Source: Desulfuromonadales bacterium (GTDB taxonomy: Bacteria > Desulfobacterota > Desulfuromonadia > Desulfuromonadales > SZUA-540). From it: a stretch of 62,571 nt of DNA. Both the position numbers and the translations under genes were made by a program. Each line of letters begins with the position of its first letter. The first letter of the stretch is position 1. Of this stretch, positions 60,011 through 62,571 are shown one piece after another. Below the pieces are notes generated by a model. It was not told the DNA's origin. It saw nothing but the letters and a program-made list of their open reading frames with translations, and did not search any database. Location of the stretch: positions 1 to 62,571 of the forward strand of contig JAWSUS010000021.1 in assembly GCA_033549025.1 (NCBI GenBank), in the 5' to 3' direction.

Positions 60011-60130
60011 GGATTAGTGGATAGCCGCCCCCTGGCGGGTATCCGGGGTGTTGCAGGTGTTATTTTTAGGTTCACCTCCTTTCGTCAAAGGGCTGTGGCA
60101 GAGCCCCGAAATGGTTGGCAGTCCCAGCAG

Positions 60131-61177
60131 TCAGTTCGTGTCAAACTGTAGTTTGTATACACTGACCCCCAGGTTGGCTGCCTGAGACACATACACCGTG
60201 TCGTTTTGATCGTTGATGGCGATATCGTCGGGAACGATGAGGTTTTGCGGTGCGGCCCCGCGATAGCCGAACTCGGTCACAAACTGAAAATCCTTATCGA
60301 AGACCAGCACCACGCAGCGCAGGCGGTCCGTCACGTAAATACGGCCGGCAGCGTCGGTTTCGATGCCTGAGATGACGCCGAACTTGCCCACCGCGCCGCC
60401 GGGAACGCCGAACTGACCCAGAGTGCCGTCTGCCGTGTAGCGAAAGGCGGAGAAGAGGGTGGCGGCGGTGAAGTAGATCTCCCCCTGGTTCCCCACAGCG
60501 AAGCCGTTAATTTCGGCGCTGCTCAAGGCCTTCATGTCGTCCTGCAGCTTGCGTTCCTGTGAGGCGCGCAGGTCGGATTGGCTCAGGTCGTTGTTGATCT
60601 GCCCCTCAAATAGTTGTCGAAGGTCGATGTGATTCTCGTATTTTCCCTCAGCGGAAAGGACGAGCACCTGCATGGCTTCAGCGTCGGCCAGGTAGAAGCT
60701 GCCGTTTTTAAGAACCATGAAGTTGGCTTGAAAGCCGCGGACGGTATCGGGCAGATCGCGAGGAACGATCTCGCCTAAAGGAGCCCCTTTGTAATCCAGA
60801 TGCAGGATGCGGTTGAGGGGATTGCTGTAGAGCACGTAGAGGTCGCCGTCCTGACCAGAGGTGATATCCAGGGCGGAAGAGAGTCCCAGTTCTTCGCCGA
60901 AACCGAATATCTGCATGGCTTCCTGGTTGTAGATCTGGATGGCGGAGTCTTCGCGGTTGAGGGCGTAGACCTCACCCAGTTCAGGGTTGACCGCCACTCG
61001 GGCCCACAGGGAGGCAACTTCGCCGCTGAAGTCGGAAAGTTTGTACATGTAGGTGGCCTTGGCGTCGCAAAGGCCCAGGGAAGGAGTGAGGGAAAGGGCC
61101 ACGGCGAAACAGCCACCAAGGAGGCACTGCAGCAGCGCTGGTGATGTTGTCCTTGTGTGGTTGATTGCTCGCATCAT
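60131..61177 (-). CDS. NHL-repeat beta-propeller protein, first gene of the omcS cluster
   Basis: Signal-like N-terminus; GRIYVTD, FGYRG..NLIVPDDI. Confidence 0.82.
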   Translation of the reverse strand: MMRAINHTRTTSPALLQCLLGGCFAVALSLTPSLGLCDAKATYMYKLSDFSGEVASLWARVAVNPELGEVYALNREDSAIQIYNQEAMQIFGFGEELGLSSALDITSGQDGDLYVLYSNPLNRILHLDYKGAPLGEIVPRDLPDTVRGFQANFMVLKNGSFYLADAEAMQVLVLSAEGKYENHIDLRQLFEGQINNDLSQSDLRASQERKLQDDMKALSSAEINGFAVGNQGEIYFTAATLFSAFRYTADGTLGQFGVPGGAVGKFGVISGIETDAAGRIYVTDRLRCVVLVFDKDFQFVTEFGYRGAAPQNLIVPDDIAINDQNDTVYVSQAANLGVSVYKLQFDTN

Positions 61178-61235
61178 GGTTAGCTCACCCAATGTGTTTC
61201 GAAAACCGGATTGGTGTCGCGTTGGTCCTCTAATG

Positions 61236-61252
61236 AGCATAAAGAATGCCAA
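61236..61252 (-). promoter_or_regulatory. sigma54 promoter of the omcS cluster
   Basis: TTGGCATTCTTTATGCT. Confidence 0.7.
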
Positions 61253-61419
61253 TTGTCATGCCACCCAGTAAGGATTGAATAGTATGAATTTTTGCATGAT
61301 GGCGTGGGGGCGAGGGTTTGGGGGGGGAAAGAAATATTTAGTTGGCGGGTAGGAAATGGGGAGACGCTCGAAGAACGCTGTTTTGAAATGGGTTTCGTTT
61401 AATTTTAACGGATTGGCCG

Positions 61420-61459
61420 ATGTGTTAAATGCCATACCGAGGTGTGGCATTTAACACAT
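61420..61459. repeat. inverted repeat (enhancer site or hairpin)
   Basis: ATGTGTTAAATGCCA-N10-TGGCATTTAACACAT, 15-bp perfect arms. Confidence 0.85.
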
Positions 61460-61525
61460 GGTGGGGGTTTTCACCCACTGAGGTTGGGAATCTGGCTGGG
61501 GTGAAAAGTTGCTAATATTTGGGGG

Positions 61526-62260
61526 TTAAGAGGACTGCAACTGGAAACGGACGGGCAGGCGAACCTCGGCTTCGACGGCATGGTCGCCTCGATGAGCCGG
61601 ACGAAAGCGCCAGCTTTTGACGGCCTTGACAGCCGCGCGATCGAGCAGGGCATATCCCGAGGATTCTTCCACCTGAACATGGAGGACGCGACCACCTCGA
61701 CTTACCCTGGCCCGCAGCAGCACCTCGCCCTGCCAGCCTCGTTCCCGGGCCAGGCGGGGGTAGGTGGGGGGCGGGTTGTCAGCATAGACCGGCACCGCCT
61801 CGACCAGGGCGTTGGCAGGCGCCGACGGACGTTTATCGACGTCTCTGTTGACCCTTTGCGGTTGAGCCGCTAGTTGGGTGTTGTCGGCAGCCTCCTTTGC
61901 AGGTTCCGTCGATGGCTCTGGTCTGGGCAGCGGGACTGGGACCGGTTTCGGTTTGGGAAGCACCGCCTCATCTGTTACCTCTTTCACCGGAAGGGGTTTC
62001 GGCTCGGGAGGTGTAATGGCTGGCTTTGGGGGTGTCGTGGCAGGGGGCTGGGGATCTGGTTCAGGAACTTCGGGGTGAACCTCGGTCGTAGGGGTCGGCT
62101 CGCTCACCACCGCGACCGGGAGGGTCTGAAAAGCGACCTCGATATTATCCTCCAGAGGCCGCACCCGCGAGATGGGGGACGGAACCAGCAGCAGGGCGGC
62201 ATGAAGCGCCAGAGCAACGCCAGTCCAGAATATCAAAGCTGTTTTACTCATGTATTCCAT
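61526..62260 (-). CDS. tonB: TonB family energy transducer
   Basis: TM with ALALH, Pro-rich linker, YP.LARERGWQGEV, SSG..LDRAA..AVKSWRF.P. Confidence 0.88.
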   Translation of the reverse strand: MEYMSKTALIFWTGVALALHAALLLVPSPISRVRPLEDNIEVAFQTLPVAVVSEPTPTTEVHPEVPEPDPQPPATTPPKPAITPPEPKPLPVKEVTDEAVLPKPKPVPVPLPRPEPSTEPAKEAADNTQLAAQPQRVNRDVDKRPSAPANALVEAVPVYADNPPPTYPRLARERGWQGEVLLRARVSRGGRVLHVQVEESSGYALLDRAAVKAVKSWRFRPAHRGDHAVEAEVRLPVRFQLQSS

Positions 62261-62571
62261 GAGATGTCTATGGGGAATTTAAGTATAAAAAACATGCTGT
62301 AAGAATAGGTGTTTCTGTGAAAACGTTTATATTTCAGGTTAGGTTTATTTGATCAAGGCAGTTTGCCTAAAAAATAAATCGAGCTAATAAAGCCTGCCAT
62401 ATGAGGGATAAATAATCACGCCTGTGAGCGTTAATTCTTTATCCAAGGCGTCTGATTGTATACGATAAGTCCCTGTTTTGTAAGCTGAAAGAATGCAAAT
62501 CTTGATTTTTATTCTCAGGGAGATCGCACGTGGAGAAGAATAGCCTTCTGAAGGGAGTCATTTCCTTAGGT

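Overview
GC-rich chromosomal window from a Desulfuromonadia-type (Desulfuromonas/Geobacter-like) anaerobe; the taxonomy is inferred from gene content. Contents in order: (1) mercury-methylation genes hgcA-hgcB, where hgcA has an in-frame UGA (Cys-Sec) N-terminal extension missed by the ORF track; (2) a CitA/DcuS two-component system with a Dcu transporter; (3) metal-homeostasis genes: DmeF-like CDF, a Fur-boxed porin/FMN-binding/membrane operon, CopA/CopB, an HMA-SurA protein, a DUF2318-ABC-zinc-ribbon-kinase operon and a Cu P-type ATPase; (4) an orphan Hen1-like RNA methyltransferase; (5) cysK and SAM-I-riboswitch-controlled transsulfuration genes; (6) hcp; (7) a hidden SelW/Rdx selenoprotein absent from the ORF track; (8) housekeeping amidase-rph-rdgB; (9) a sigma54/c-di-GMP-I-riboswitch-controlled surface-protein operon; (10) a ~19 kb minus-strand OmcS-type cytochrome nanowire cluster with two hexaheme OmcS homologues, 26-, 16- and 5-heme cytochromes, a beta-barrel, CsgG-like proteins, a PPIase and beta-propellers. 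The most unusual signals are a variant GEMM-I aptamer (G20 with U at the C92 position) plus an orphan perfect Shine-Dalgarno upstream of omcS, the two UGA-recoded selenoprotein candidates, an HgcB ending in Cys-UGA in frame with the next gene, and the Pnkp-less Hen1 two-gene module. All family calls come from motif recognition by eye, not database searches.
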